Assembly: GCA_016180235.1 (NCBI GenBank)
Contig: JACPBQ010000004.1
Location: forward strand, 34,940-98,939
Direction: 5' to 3'
Length of the DNA stretch: 64,000 nucleotides
From: Candidatus Woesearchaeota archaeon
Lineage (GTDB): Archaea; Nanobdellota; Nanobdellia; Woesearchaeales; GW2011-AR4
In this document: one piece after another, positions 30,942-40,174 of the stretch
Position numbering within the stretch: the stretch's first letter is position 1
How the letters are laid out: the number at the start of each line of letters is the position of its first letter
The notes under the pieces: model-generated
Told to the model about the DNA's origin: nothing
What the model saw: only the letters and a program-made list of their open reading frames with translations
Databases searched by the model: none
Position numbers and translations under genes: made by a program

Positions 30942-32038
30942 TTTTTTGCAGTCAAATGGATTTTGAACAAATTCTTGAAAAATACAGGAGAATTGTTGAT
31001 AGGGAGCTTAACGCATTTTTTGACAAGAAGACAGGGCAGGAAAAAGATGATTTCCTGAAGGCCAGCTGCAGCCACCTTAAGGAGTTCACACTCAGGCCCG
31101 GAAAAAGGATAAGGCCCATAGCAGCGATTATGGCCTACAAGGCAATCAAAGATAGTTATGAAGAATCAATATATCCTGTTTCCATTGCACCCGAGCTGTT
31201 CCATGCATCTTCTTTGATACATGATGATATAATGGACGAGGACAGGCTAAGGAGAAACAAGGCTACAATGCACAGGATCTTTGAGGATCATTTTAAAAAA
31301 AAATTCAAAGACAAAAAATATCCCGGAGAGCTGTTTGACAGCCACTCAAAAAGGTTTTCAGTGTCCATGGCAATCATACAGGGAAATCTGCTTTATTCCC
31401 TGTCTTTCTCATCTATACTGGAATCGGGGCTGGACGACAAAAGGAAAAGCCTTTCCCTGAGGATATTGAATGACGGATACTGCAATACCAACAAAGGGCA
31501 GGTTTTTGACCTTTTAATGGCTGCAGATGAAAAAATAGATGAGAAAAGCTATATTGAAATGGCAATGGGAAAGACTGCCTGCCCCTTATCAGCAGCAATA
31601 CTGTTCGGAGCCGCATTAAACAATGCAACTGACTCCCAGCTTCGGCACCTTGAAAAATATTCCATGCTGGCAGGCCTTGCATTCCAGATACAGGATGATA
31701 TCATTGACATAAGCGAGGGAATGGATAAGGGCAGGGATATAGGTAGCGATTTAAAGAGGGGAAATAAAACGCTGATGGTCATCAGGGCATTGCGGGTAGG
31801 AGATGAAAAGCAAAGGAAGACCATACTTGATATAATCGGGAAGGACAAAACAACAAATACCCGGACAAGAGAGGCAATCAATGCTATAAAAGAAACCGGA
31901 AGCTTAAGCTATGCATCTGATTACGCCAAAAACAGAATCAAGGAAGCCAAAAAATGCCTGGAAAAAGCAAATTTAAGCAGAGAAGGCCATGAGTTCTTCA
32001 GCAATTTTGCAGACTATACCATAACAAGAAAAACATAG
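30938..32038 (+). CDS. trans-polyprenyl diphosphate synthase (GGPP synthase-like)
   Basis: First and second Asp-rich motifs LIHDDIMDED and FQIQDDIIDI. Confidence 0.8.
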   Translation: MIFCSQMDFEQILEKYRRIVDRELNAFFDKKTGQEKDDFLKASCSHLKEFTLRPGKRIRPIAAIMAYKAIKDSYEESIYPVSIAPELFHASSLIHDDIMDEDRLRRNKATMHRIFEDHFKKKFKDKKYPGELFDSHSKRFSVSMAIIQGNLLYSLSFSSILESGLDDKRKSLSLRILNDGYCNTNKGQVFDLLMAADEKIDEKSYIEMAMGKTACPLSAAILFGAALNNATDSQLRHLEKYSMLAGLAFQIQDDIIDISEGMDKGRDIGSDLKRGNKTLMVIRALRVGDEKQRKTILDIIGKDKTTNTRTREAINAIKETGSLSYASDYAKNRIKEAKKCLEKANLSREGHEFFSNFADYTITRKT

Positions 32039-32040
32039 CA

Positions 32041-32496
32041 CTATTTCATGAAGAATCCTGCTCTTGCGGGATCAAATTTCCATTCGGCAGAAAGCTTTCC
32101 TGTCTTCTTGAAGTGCTTTGTAAGCCTTTTTATCTTTGACTCAGTAAGGTTGAGGCCGTGCTTTGCAGTCTGATCCTTGTCATTTGCCTCTATATGCTTC
32201 CTTAAGCTAACTGATTTCCTTATGAGAGCCATGATATCGTCAGGAAGTTCGGGAGCCAGATTATTTTCCTTTACTACCCTGGACAGTTTTTTCCTGAAAA
32301 GAAGCCTGACGTCAGGAATCCCGTAAGTGTCCCTCAATATCATCCCTATCTCTGAGGAGTTCTTGCCCTCTTTCGCAAGCTTTGCTATTATAAGCTCCAC
32401 TTCCTTAGGCTTGTACCTCAGCCACGTAGGCAGGGATTTCTTTATGGGCTTTTTTGAGCCGCTCTTTCCTTTTTTCCTTGAATGCATTCGTGCCAT
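32041..32496 (-). CDS. rps15: ribosomal protein S15 (uS15; archaeal/eukaryotic S13e type)
   Basis: MARMHSRKKGKSGS... and a 151-aa archaeal-type length. Confidence 0.85.
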   Translation of the reverse strand: MARMHSRKKGKSGSKKPIKKSLPTWLRYKPKEVELIIAKLAKEGKNSSEIGMILRDTYGIPDVRLLFRKKLSRVVKENNLAPELPDDIMALIRKSVSLRKHIEANDKDQTAKHGLNLTESKIKRLTKHFKKTGKLSAEWKFDPARAGFFMK

Positions 32497-32508
32497 ATTT
32501 GTTTAGCC

Positions 32509-32706
32509 TCAAAATTTCTTGAATTGAGCCACAGTATCTATAAGGTCAACATGGCCCAGGAACATCGCCCTGCAGCAGTACCTTTCCAGACCTAATTCAT
32601 CCATGGCTTTTTTCCTGTCCTCATTTTTCTGCAGCTTTTCATTGAATTCCTCCCATAAATGACCTATGGGCTTCCCGCAACTCCAGCAGCGTATCGGTAT
32701 AATCAT
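32509..32706 (-). CDS. rpoN: RNA polymerase subunit N (Rpb10)
   Basis: MIIPIRCWSCGKPIG...CCR zinc motif, 65 aa. Confidence 0.85.
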   Translation of the reverse strand: MIIPIRCWSCGKPIGHLWEEFNEKLQKNEDRKKAMDELGLERYCCRAMFLGHVDLIDTVAQFKKF

Positions 32707-32777
32707 TTTTGTTCACCTTGCAATTAATTGTCTACTCGAGGAAAATCTGGCTGTTTTTAAAGGTTTTGTATTGTGTT

Positions 32778-33152
32778 TTAAAGTAGAACCCCTTTCTTTT
32801 TCGCTAAATCTATCAACTTATCAAAATCTTTTATTGGAATCAATGGGCAATATTGTCCCCAAGTCCATTTACCGTTTCTATTTCCTGTTTTTCCAATTAT
32901 ATAATAACCAAAACGATACTCTACGTCTCCAAGTTCTCTACTTTTAATATGGACTATGTCCCCCTCTACCCTCGTTCTTCTTAAACGTTCAAAAACAAAA
33001 ACTTTTTCTGGTAGATTATGTTGCCTCATAAAAAACCAAGCTTCCCTAATAAAGAAATGTTTGCCTTTTCGACCAATATCTTTTAGAGGGATTTCTTTCT
33101 GTATTTTATACTCTTCTTCCTTTCTTTTTATAAAATCCTCTGCTGATTCCAT
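32778..33152 (-). CDS. hypothetical protein, possibly part of the insertion between rps9 and rpoN
   Basis: Intact 124-aa ORF with no motif recognised. Confidence 0.35.
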   Translation of the reverse strand: MESAEDFIKRKEEEYKIQKEIPLKDIGRKGKHFFIREAWFFMRQHNLPEKVFVFERLRRTRVEGDIVHIKSRELGDVEYRFGYYIIGKTGNRNGKWTWGQYCPLIPIKDFDKLIDLAKKKGVLL

Positions 33153-33165
33153 CTACCACTGTTAG

Positions 33166-34287
33166 TTAGCTATTTTTTATTAATCTTTCTTTCCTTACTC
33201 TCTGAACTTTAATATCACTAACTCCAACCTGCTCAGCAATCTTCCAAGCAGGCCATTCTGGATGCAAATTGTGCAACTCTATTATCTTGTTAATTTTATT
33301 TTGTGGGATTTTGTTGTGTGGCTTCTGAAGATTACTTCTCCATTCATTTAAGCCTTCAAATTTTCCATAAAGATTCATCATTCTTAGGAATTTATTATAC
33401 TTTTCAGGGCTTAAGGTCATTAGTTTTTGTTTAAGTAGTTGTAAATTGTTTTGTTTTTTGGAAACTATAAGCTTATCGCCATTGTAAATAATGCTACTGA
33501 CACCTAATTTTTTGAGGCAATTATGATAAATTAATTTTTCATCTGGATTAGTAGAAGATATATGTACTCTAAATTTCTTGGAAGGAATATCAATTTCAAC
33601 ACACGACTCTCCGGCTATGATTCCCCTCAGAAAACTTCTTATTTCACTTTCTTCATAATTTAATATATTTTGAGTTGTTCTTTTGACAAAATTTTTGATT
33701 ATTTGGCTAAAGAGATTGCTTTTACGTTCAATTATTAAAGTGCCATAGTCATAAAATCCTAATTTTTTGTTGGTGGTGTTCTTAATGTAACTAACCTTTT
33801 TAGGGTAAGACTGTTCTAAAGATAAACCTGTCTTTGAAATCCAATAATTAATAACTTTTTCTTCAATTTCTTTTTTATAATTTTCATCCAAAGGTTCATT
33901 AATATTTACTTTTATGTACCATTTCCATTTTTCTTTAGGAAAATTAAATTCTTTATCAAACCATTTGATTACTTTGTTTATTATCTGGTATTCATGATTA
34001 CAAAAAACAATTTTTCCATCTTGCTGCTTTCCCATCTCAGCCTGTAGCAACCCTAAAACTTCAAAATTTTCTTGATTTCTCTTGATAAATTTAGGAAGTA
34101 ATAAGTTGTGTTCTTTGCGACCAACTTTACCGAATTGATTATGAATATCAGTAAAATAGCTAAACATTAAATAAATTCCATCATCTAGTACACTTAAATC
34201 ATAATTTTTATTAACATCATCATTGCAGAGAACTTTATCTGGAATAAATTCTTTCAAACAAATTTTTTGATTTCTAAGCGAGTTCAT
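33166..34287 (-). CDS. putative LAGLIDADG-like (double-motif) homing-endonuclease-like protein with a C-terminal HTH
   Basis: Two degenerate LAGLIDADG-like blocks about 130 aa apart (VLGLLQAEMGKQQDGKIVF and FLRGIIAGESCVEI followed by ...LLKQKL), a C-terminal HTH (WKIAEQVGVSDIKVQRVRKER), strong K/N/I bias, and a position interrupting a conserved operon. Confidence 0.4.
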   Translation of the reverse strand: MNSLRNQKICLKEFIPDKVLCNDDVNKNYDLSVLDDGIYLMFSYFTDIHNQFGKVGRKEHNLLLPKFIKRNQENFEVLGLLQAEMGKQQDGKIVFCNHEYQIINKVIKWFDKEFNFPKEKWKWYIKVNINEPLDENYKKEIEEKVINYWISKTGLSLEQSYPKKVSYIKNTTNKKLGFYDYGTLIIERKSNLFSQIIKNFVKRTTQNILNYEESEIRSFLRGIIAGESCVEIDIPSKKFRVHISSTNPDEKLIYHNCLKKLGVSSIIYNGDKLIVSKKQNNLQLLKQKLMTLSPEKYNKFLRMMNLYGKFEGLNEWRSNLQKPHNKIPQNKINKIIELHNLHPEWPAWKIAEQVGVSDIKVQRVRKERLIKNS

Positions 34288-34578
34288 TTTAAATCACCAA
34301 TTTTTATTTGGTTGAAACTGCGTAAAAGGCTTTTGAGTTGAAAACCAAAAGACTTAATTTGGCTGTTGAAACATTGGTTAAGGTGATTAAATTAACGAGC
34401 CAATCAAAAGATTTGTAGAATTTATCCTTTATAAGTTTCACGCGCAAATGTCCAGTGGTTGTGGATACAAAAGGATGAATAAAGAGTTCTAAAAATAAAT
34501 AAAGATTATTTAACCTTATTTTAGTAAATTAAGAAAAAATTAAGCTTATTTTAAAGAAATAAGCCTTATTTAAGCTTT

Positions 34579-34980
34579 TTAACGATAGCTCTTCTGACGC
34601 TTACTTCTGGCCTGCCCGTGCCTGTTCGGCTTTGCAGGCTCCTTTCTCCTAACATCAGCTACCAACAGATTCCTGTCATATTCCAAAAACTGCTCTCTCA
34701 ACTTGCTATTCTTTGAATATTCTGAAAGCGCTTTGGCGATTGCGAGCCTTGATGCGTCTGCCTGGCTGGACATGCCGCCACCAAAAACTTTAACCCTTAT
34801 GTCAACCTTGTCTACAACATCCCCTGCAATAATCAAAGGCTCCCTTAGCTTCAGCCTGTAGAGCTCAGGCTCGTAAAAATCCAGCAGCAGATTATTTACT
34901 TTTATTATTCCATTACCGGGCTTTATTGTTGCCCTTGCAATGGCCTTTTTCCTTTTTCCGGATGTCATTATTGTCTTCAT
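34579..34980 (-). CDS. rps9: ribosomal protein S9 (uS9)
   Basis: SGKRKKAIARA...ARSKRQKSYR. Confidence 0.85.
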   Translation of the reverse strand: MKTIMTSGKRKKAIARATIKPGNGIIKVNNLLLDFYEPELYRLKLREPLIIAGDVVDKVDIRVKVFGGGMSSQADASRLAIAKALSEYSKNSKLREQFLEYDRNLLVADVRRKEPAKPNRHGQARSKRQKSYR

Positions 34981-35405
34981 CTTATTTTTCCACCGACATG
35001 GATGCAAATCTCCTTTACAGTAACATACTTAAGGTTTGGAACCTTAGCTATGGTGGCATCTTTTATTATTTCGGATTTCTGATCCTTAAGAGTTTCCGGA
35101 ATTCCGATGTGGCACCTTATCTTCTTAAATGCCGCTGCCCCCCTCTCTTTTTTATGCGGCAGCATCCCCCTTATAGCGCGCTTAACAAACCTGTCGGGCA
35201 TCCTGTAAAAAAACGGGCCCTTGGTGTGTATGCCCATGCTAAATCCACGCTCATAATCCTTGAAAATCCTTTGCCTGTCTCCGGTGATCACTGAGTTTTC
35301 GCAATTGACAATATGCACTTCTTCGCCCAATAAAGCTTTCTTCGCTGCATAAGTCCCCAATCTTCCAAGTATCGTGTTATTAGCGTCTATTATCATTTTA
35401 ACCAA
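34977..35405 (-). CDS. rpl13: ribosomal protein L13 (uL13)
   Basis: IIDANNTILGRLGTYAAK...; ATGA overlap with rps9. Confidence 0.85.
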   Translation of the reverse strand: MVKMIIDANNTILGRLGTYAAKKALLGEEVHIVNCENSVITGDRQRIFKDYERGFSMGIHTKGPFFYRMPDRFVKRAIRGMLPHKKERGAAAFKKIRCHIGIPETLKDQKSEIIKDATIAKVPNLKYVTVKEICIHVGGKIR

Positions 35406-35760
35406 CTATCTTGATTTTTTTGCCATTCGGCTTTTCTTTGCTCAAATCCATAAGGGTCATTATCTTTGCCCCTGACTTCTCCAGCTTGTCTCTGGCCTGC
35501 TCTGAAAACTGGTATGCGGATATCGTAAGCTTGTGATTCAAATCTCCGGAGCCGAGGACCTTTCCAGGGACGATTATTATGTCATTCTCATCGGTATAGC
35601 GGTTTATCCTGGACAAATTTACAACCCTTCTCTGCCTTGACGACTTTTCCAGATCCATGGCAATCCTTTTCCATAAGCCGACAGACTGCTCAATACTTCT
35701 TTTCTTGAGCTCGGTTATCAAGCCGCTCAATACCGTGTTTGTCGGACCTGTTCGTTTCAT
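35398..35760 (-). CDS. rpl18e: ribosomal protein L18e
   Basis: MKRTGPTNTVL...RVVNLSRINRYT...IIIVPGKVLGSG. Confidence 0.8.
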   Translation of the reverse strand: MKRTGPTNTVLSGLITELKKRSIEQSVGLWKRIAMDLEKSSRQRRVVNLSRINRYTDENDIIIVPGKVLGSGDLNHKLTISAYQFSEQARDKLEKSGAKIMTLMDLSKEKPNGKKIKIVG

Positions 35761-35804
35761 TTTTTTCTGGATTTTTTATTTTAAATTTTTAATTTTGAAA
35801 GTTA

Positions 35805-35902
35805 TGCGGAGGAAGGGATTCGAACCCTCGCACCCACTAAGGGACAAGGCTTTTGCCTGCAACCTCAACCTTGCGCATTTGGCCAGGCTCTGCCACCTCC
35901 GC
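35805..35902 (-). tRNA. tRNA-Leu(GAG) candidate with a long variable arm and an ~12-nt insertion in the anticodon loop (short intron)
   Basis: The reverse complement gives acceptor GCGGAGG/CCTCCGC, D-loop GAGCCTGGCCAAA, anticodon stem CAAGG/CCTTG enclosing TTGAGG plus a 12-nt insert, variable arm CCCTTAGTGGG, and T-arm GAGGG-TTCGAAT-CCCTT. Confidence 0.6.
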
Positions 35903-35922
35903 AAACGAAGTGCAGAGTTGCT

Positions 35923-36726
35923 TTATTTCACCTTCTTTATCTCCTCGGCAAACTGGTCAAATGTATCATTGAAAATGTCCAATGCCTGGACTAGTATCTC
36001 TTTGCAGCTGAGCTGACCCCATGATTCTATGTAAAAAATGAAATCATTGTCGTGAGTTACCTTGACTTCCCCCTTGGAAACCTCTTCTGCAACCCCGGCA
36101 AGATCATACTTGAAAAGATTGTCCTTTATCACTTCCAATTTCCCGTTCTTAATCTCAAAGACATTGCCATGAGCTGCCTCAACCATTTCTTCCGGATTTT
36201 TCACATTCCCTATCTCTATGACCGGCTTGTATTTGTAATACACCAAAGCAGGGCTCCATTTTGAGTGGTCTTTTCCCTTTCCCAAAACAGCAGTTGCTTC
36301 CAATTCCAATGACTGGTCTTTCAACAGCTTGACAATGGGGGTTGTTGGATAAACCGGCTTTACCGCAGGATCCTTGGACTTGATATCAGAAGCATAAACT
36401 GTTATTGGAGCCGCTTTTTTATTTGTGACATGAATAGTGAGCTTTAATTGGCATCTTGCGCATCCTTTGCCTTCGCATTTGCATTTTTCAGGCAAATTGT
36501 AGGATTTTAAATCGGTCTTAAGAGGCATCAGGCCAAGCCTGTGCGCTATCATCTCATCATAAAGTATTGAATTGTTTTTCCTGAATTCAACATCCTCAAT
36601 GGCCATTGTAGGGACCTCTTCAATTATGATTCTTCTTAATGCATTTACAAAAGCAGCCGAGGTATCCTTAATTATAAACGAAACCTTCCCTTCATCCTTT
36701 TTGTTTTCCAAGACCCTGACTTCCAT
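35923..36726 (-). CDS. rpoD: RNA polymerase subunit D (Rpb3 homolog) with a 4-Cys cluster
   Basis: MEVRVLEN...AFVNALRR...CKCEGKGCARC. Confidence 0.85.
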   Translation of the reverse strand: MEVRVLENKKDEGKVSFIIKDTSAAFVNALRRIIIEEVPTMAIEDVEFRKNNSILYDEMIAHRLGLMPLKTDLKSYNLPEKCKCEGKGCARCQLKLTIHVTNKKAAPITVYASDIKSKDPAVKPVYPTTPIVKLLKDQSLELEATAVLGKGKDHSKWSPALVYYKYKPVIEIGNVKNPEEMVEAAHGNVFEIKNGKLEVIKDNLFKYDLAGVAEEVSKGEVKVTHDNDFIFYIESWGQLSCKEILVQALDIFNDTFDQFAEEIKKVK

Positions 36727-36736
36727 TTTATCCTCC

Positions 36737-37132
36737 TTAAACTCTCCTTCCCCTTCTGCCGCCTTTTTTCCTGCAACCGTCATGAGGCAGGGGAGTGACA
36801 TCCTCAATTATACCTATCCTCAAGCCCATCCTTGACAAAGCCCTTATTGCAGCCTGCGCTCCAGGGCCTGGGTTTGACGGCCTGTTATGGCCCCCTGCAG
36901 CCCTTATCTTGACATGTATAGCAGATATTCCCTTCTCCCTTGCAGTTTCTGCAGCCCTTTTTGCTGCCACCATGGCTGCTGTAGGGGAAGATTCCATACG
37001 ATGGCTCTTTACAACCATTCCTCCAGACGCTTTGCTTATTGTTTCAGAGCCGGTTATATCTGTTATATGGATTATAGTGTTATTGTATGATGCGTAAATA
37101 TGCGCTATTCCCCATCTTTCCTGATATGCCAT
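36737..37132 (-). CDS. rps11: ribosomal protein S11 (uS11)
   Basis: [18 protein letters not shown]... Confidence 0.9.
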   Translation of the reverse strand: MAYQERWGIAHIYASYNNTIIHITDITGSETISKASGGMVVKSHRMESSPTAAMVAAKRAAETAREKGISAIHVKIRAAGGHNRPSNPGPGAQAAIRALSRMGLRIGIIEDVTPLPHDGCRKKGGRRGRRV

Positions 37133-37134
37133 TT

Positions 37135-37824
37135 TCAGTTACCTTTTTCCCTGCTTTCTTTTTTTGATTCTTTAGCCGGGGTTTTTTTCTCAGTGCTATC
37201 GTGAGGCTTTTTCTTCGCTTCTTTTTTGGGCTCTTTTACTTCTTTTTTATTCTCTGCATTTTCTGCTGATTTCTCTTTTTTGCCTTCTGCCTTTTTTAGC
37301 GGCTTTTTTTCCTCAACTGCCCTTTCAGGATGATTCACATCAACAAAAACAGAGCCGGGAGCAAACTGTATGCTGTTTTCCTGGCTTAATGGAACAAGAT
37401 AAGAGGGAGCAGTTATTTTTTTATCTCCGACAGCAACCTGCTGATGGACGATGAACTGCCTTGCCTGCTTAATGGTCCTGGCCAAATGTTTCCGATAAAG
37501 CAGAGTCTGCAATCTTCTTTCCATGACATCCTTTAATTTCAATGATAATACATCCTCAATCTTTGCGTTCTGGCCTATTAAACCCAATGAAGACAGCTTT
37601 TTCAGCAGCTGGCTCCTCTCCTTTTCTGATTGCGATGTTTTTGTAGTAATAAGGTTTTTAGCCTGGCTTGTAAAGTTCTTCAGGATAGAGCTCATCTTCC
37701 AGATCTCATATTTCCTTTTCAGCCCATATTCCCTGACAAGCTCCTGCTCCCTGAGGATTCTTTCCTTCTGCCACGGGTGAGACGGCGTTGAAAATTTTTT
37801 TCTTTGTCTTTTTGGACTTCCCAT
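37135..37824 (-). CDS. rps4: ribosomal protein S4 (uS4) with a ~60-aa K/E-rich C-terminal extension
   Basis: [19 protein letters not shown]... core, then a tail ...[34 protein letters not shown]. Confidence 0.85.
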   Translation of the reverse strand: MGSPKRQRKKFSTPSHPWQKERILREQELVREYGLKRKYEIWKMSSILKNFTSQAKNLITTKTSQSEKERSQLLKKLSSLGLIGQNAKIEDVLSLKLKDVMERRLQTLLYRKHLARTIKQARQFIVHQQVAVGDKKITAPSYLVPLSQENSIQFAPGSVFVDVNHPERAVEEKKPLKKAEGKKEKSAENAENKKEVKEPKKEAKKKPHDSTEKKTPAKESKKESREKGN

Positions 37825-37846
37825 TGTTTACATTAAAGTTTTATTC

Positions 37847-38362
37847 CTATTCTTTACCTGATTTTGGGGCTGCTTTTGGAGCTTCTTTTTTCTTTACCCC
37901 CAAAGACCCCTTTCCCTTGTTTCTCCTGAAATTTGACTTGGTTCTCTGGCCTCTTACAGGCAAGCCCATTCCGTGCCTTATGCCTATATAGGACCTTATC
38001 CTCTTCAGCCTTTTGATATCGTTTTCCTGCGCAAATCCGAGGTCTCCTGTAAAGGCATGATAATCTTTGCCATCCTCATAGTTTTTCCTGCGGTTCATCA
38101 TCCAGGAAGGGACATTGTATTTTGAAAGGTTTCCAAGAACATCATCAATTTTTTTTACCTGCTCATCTGTCAGGTAGCCTGTTTTGTTTGAGCCGTCTAT
38201 GCCCGCAAGATTGCATACCATATTTGAGAACATAAAGCCGATTCCTTTTATCTTGGTCAATGCCTGGGATATGTGCTTTTTTCCGTCCAGGTCTGTACTT
38301 GCAATCCTTACAAAGTACCTGAAATTCTCCTTTTCCTCTTTAGCCTGCTTAGCTTCTGCCAT
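37847..38362 (-). CDS. rps13: ribosomal protein S13 (uS13)
   Basis: FRYFVRIASTDLDGKKHI... Confidence 0.9.
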   Translation of the reverse strand: MAEAKQAKEEKENFRYFVRIASTDLDGKKHISQALTKIKGIGFMFSNMVCNLAGIDGSNKTGYLTDEQVKKIDDVLGNLSKYNVPSWMMNRRKNYEDGKDYHAFTGDLGFAQENDIKRLKRIRSYIGIRHGMGLPVRGQRTKSNFRRNKGKGSLGVKKKEAPKAAPKSGKE

Positions 38363-38497
38363 CTTAAATATATAGCCGAGAATATAGCGTATCTTTTAAC
38401 CCTATTTAAACGCCATAATGACTCGGGCTATATTTTCTGGGAAAGAATGGGTATTTATAAAGCTTATGGTAATAAGAATTATGCTGAATGAAAAAGG

Positions 38498-38589
38498 GGT
38501 GGCCTGCGAGAATCGAAATCGCGTGGTTTTGCACCATCTCGCGCCAGAGGATCCACAGTCCCCTATTCTGCCACTAAACTAAGGCCACC
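38498..38589 (-). tRNA. tRNA-His(GUG) candidate with a genome-encoded G-1 and an ~20-nt insertion in the T-arm (non-canonical intron position)
   Basis: The reverse complement gives G-1 plus acceptor GTGGCCT/AGGCCAC with discriminator C, anticodon stem GGGGA/TCCTC, loop CTGTGGA (GTG), a 4-nt variable loop, and T-stem GCGAG...CTCGC enclosing 20 extra nt before TTCGATT. Confidence 0.55.
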
Positions 38590-38618
38590 AGCTATAATAT
38601 GGAGAATCAACTTTTGCC

Positions 38619-39197
38619 TTATAAATCTTTTGCGGTAATTTTTTTGATATCTTTCAATAGAAGCCCGAATTTTTTGTAGCCGGATTTTTCATTGAAGTGG
38701 CCGGCATTTTTTACAATAATAAGTTGTGAATCAAGGTTTTTTGCCATTTCCTGCCCTTTTTCCAGCGGAATGTGCGGGTCATTATCTGCCTGGTAAACAA
38801 AAAATTTATCGCAATTATTTTTTATTTTTTCCCAGTCAAAATCCTTTTGTGCAAAGGTTTTGCTTATAGAATCGTAAAAATCGCTTCCCAAAGGGCCTAA
38901 AAATCCTGCAACCAAAAAAGAAGCTTTAATTTTTACATTTAATTTTTCCAAAACGCTCAAAATAAATGCGCAGCCGATGCTGTGGCCTATCAATATGGAA
39001 TTTTCATTCAATTTTCCCATATATTTATCAAATATTCCCATCCATGACTCCAGTTTCTGGCTTTTTGGTGTGGGAAATTCCGGGACAAAAACTTCATAGC
39101 TTAATTTTTTCAATTCTTCTTTCAGCCATGGAAACCAGTTCTCATTTGGATTTCCATAAGAGCCGTGTATAATTATAGCGACAGAACTCATTTTCAT
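38619..39197 (-). CDS. alpha/beta hydrolase, RBBP9/YdeN-like serine hydrolase
   Basis: AIIIHGSYGNPNENWFPWL...GHSIGC. Confidence 0.55.
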   Translation of the reverse strand: MKMSSVAIIIHGSYGNPNENWFPWLKEELKKLSYEVFVPEFPTPKSQKLESWMGIFDKYMGKLNENSILIGHSIGCAFILSVLEKLNVKIKASFLVAGFLGPLGSDFYDSISKTFAQKDFDWEKIKNNCDKFFVYQADNDPHIPLEKGQEMAKNLDSQLIIVKNAGHFNEKSGYKKFGLLLKDIKKITAKDL

Positions 39198-39199
39198 GC

Positions 39200-39706
39200 T
39201 TACCGGTATTTATCCTTCAAAAACAGCTGATAGACGAGGTAAGGCAGGATAAAGGCAAGCGCATAAACAACCCCGACCAGCAAAGGGTTATGGGGGTTTT
39301 GAATATTAATTGCTTTTTCCAGATTATTTGAAAATGCCACGATTATCACAACATTAATCACTGCTGTTATCGGGACCATTATTCCAAGAAAAATATGGTG
39401 CTTTGCCTCCAAATGCTCGATCGTCCTTATCACCAGCTCAAACAACAGGCCAAAGGAAATCCCAAGGGTTATCAAAACAAGGTATAACGGAAGATTGTTC
39501 AATGCCAATAAAATGGGAATCAATGATATTGAAATAATAAAGTTCCCGATAATTGCGATGAGCAATGATATCCAAAAAACCAGCTTGTCAAGAATTTTTA
39601 TCCTGGGATGCCTGTTTGCTTTTGCATGCTCTATTATCCTAGATGCCCTGATTATCTCTTTTTTGCTCCATCCTTTCCGCTCGAGCCTCTTTTTTATGTC
39701 CGGCAT
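39200..39706 (-). CDS. hypothetical membrane protein (4 TM)
   Basis: Hydrophobic helices after a basic N-terminus. Confidence 0.45.
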   Translation of the reverse strand: MPDIKKRLERKGWSKKEIIRASRIIEHAKANRHPRIKILDKLVFWISLLIAIIGNFIISISLIPILLALNNLPLYLVLITLGISFGLLFELVIRTIEHLEAKHHIFLGIMVPITAVINVVIIVAFSNNLEKAINIQNPHNPLLVGVVYALAFILPYLVYQLFLKDKYR

Positions 39707-40170
39707 TAAAGCTCTTCCTCGCCATGGACTGCTCTTCTTACATAGCTTATGAAATTCCTTGCAGTCTCGTAATATTCCTTGAGTATGTCTATGTTGACCT
39801 CAACTATCTCGCCATTGTCTATGGTTACCGTCATTGTAACATGCCTCCTGTACTCTTCCCTGCTTGTATGCTTGGCCCTTTGAATCTTCCTCAATTTCAC
39901 GTAGAAATTCAAAAAATTAGTCAGCTCAGGATCGCTGAACGTGTCCCTCAAAAGCCTGCACCTTAATCCTATGTTATCCGGTATGCTGCCTATTTTCTTG
40001 TCTTCCTTCGCTTTCTTCAGCAGGGATTCAATGCCGTATGAAATGGTGCTTATAAGCCTCTCTATCATATGCTTCATCATGTCTGCAGTCCTGGTGTATT
40101 TCAGGCTCACATAGAATAAATGGTCAACCCGCTTAAGTTCCGTTATTGCATTGTCTAAAGCTTCTTTCAT
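39706..40170 (-). CDS. uncharacterized alpha-helical protein with a HEPN-like Rx6H motif; tandem paralog of the next gene
   Basis: ...PDNIGLRCRLLRDTF...VKLRKIQRAKHTS... aligns with ...PDNFASKFGLFRDKC...KELREIIIAHKKS... in 40175..40660. Confidence 0.4.
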   Translation of the reverse strand: MKEALDNAITELKRVDHLFYVSLKYTRTADMMKHMIERLISTISYGIESLLKKAKEDKKIGSIPDNIGLRCRLLRDTFSDPELTNFLNFYVKLRKIQRAKHTSREEYRRHVTMTVTIDNGEIVEVNIDILKEYYETARNFISYVRRAVHGEEEL

Positions 40171-40174
40171 GCTG

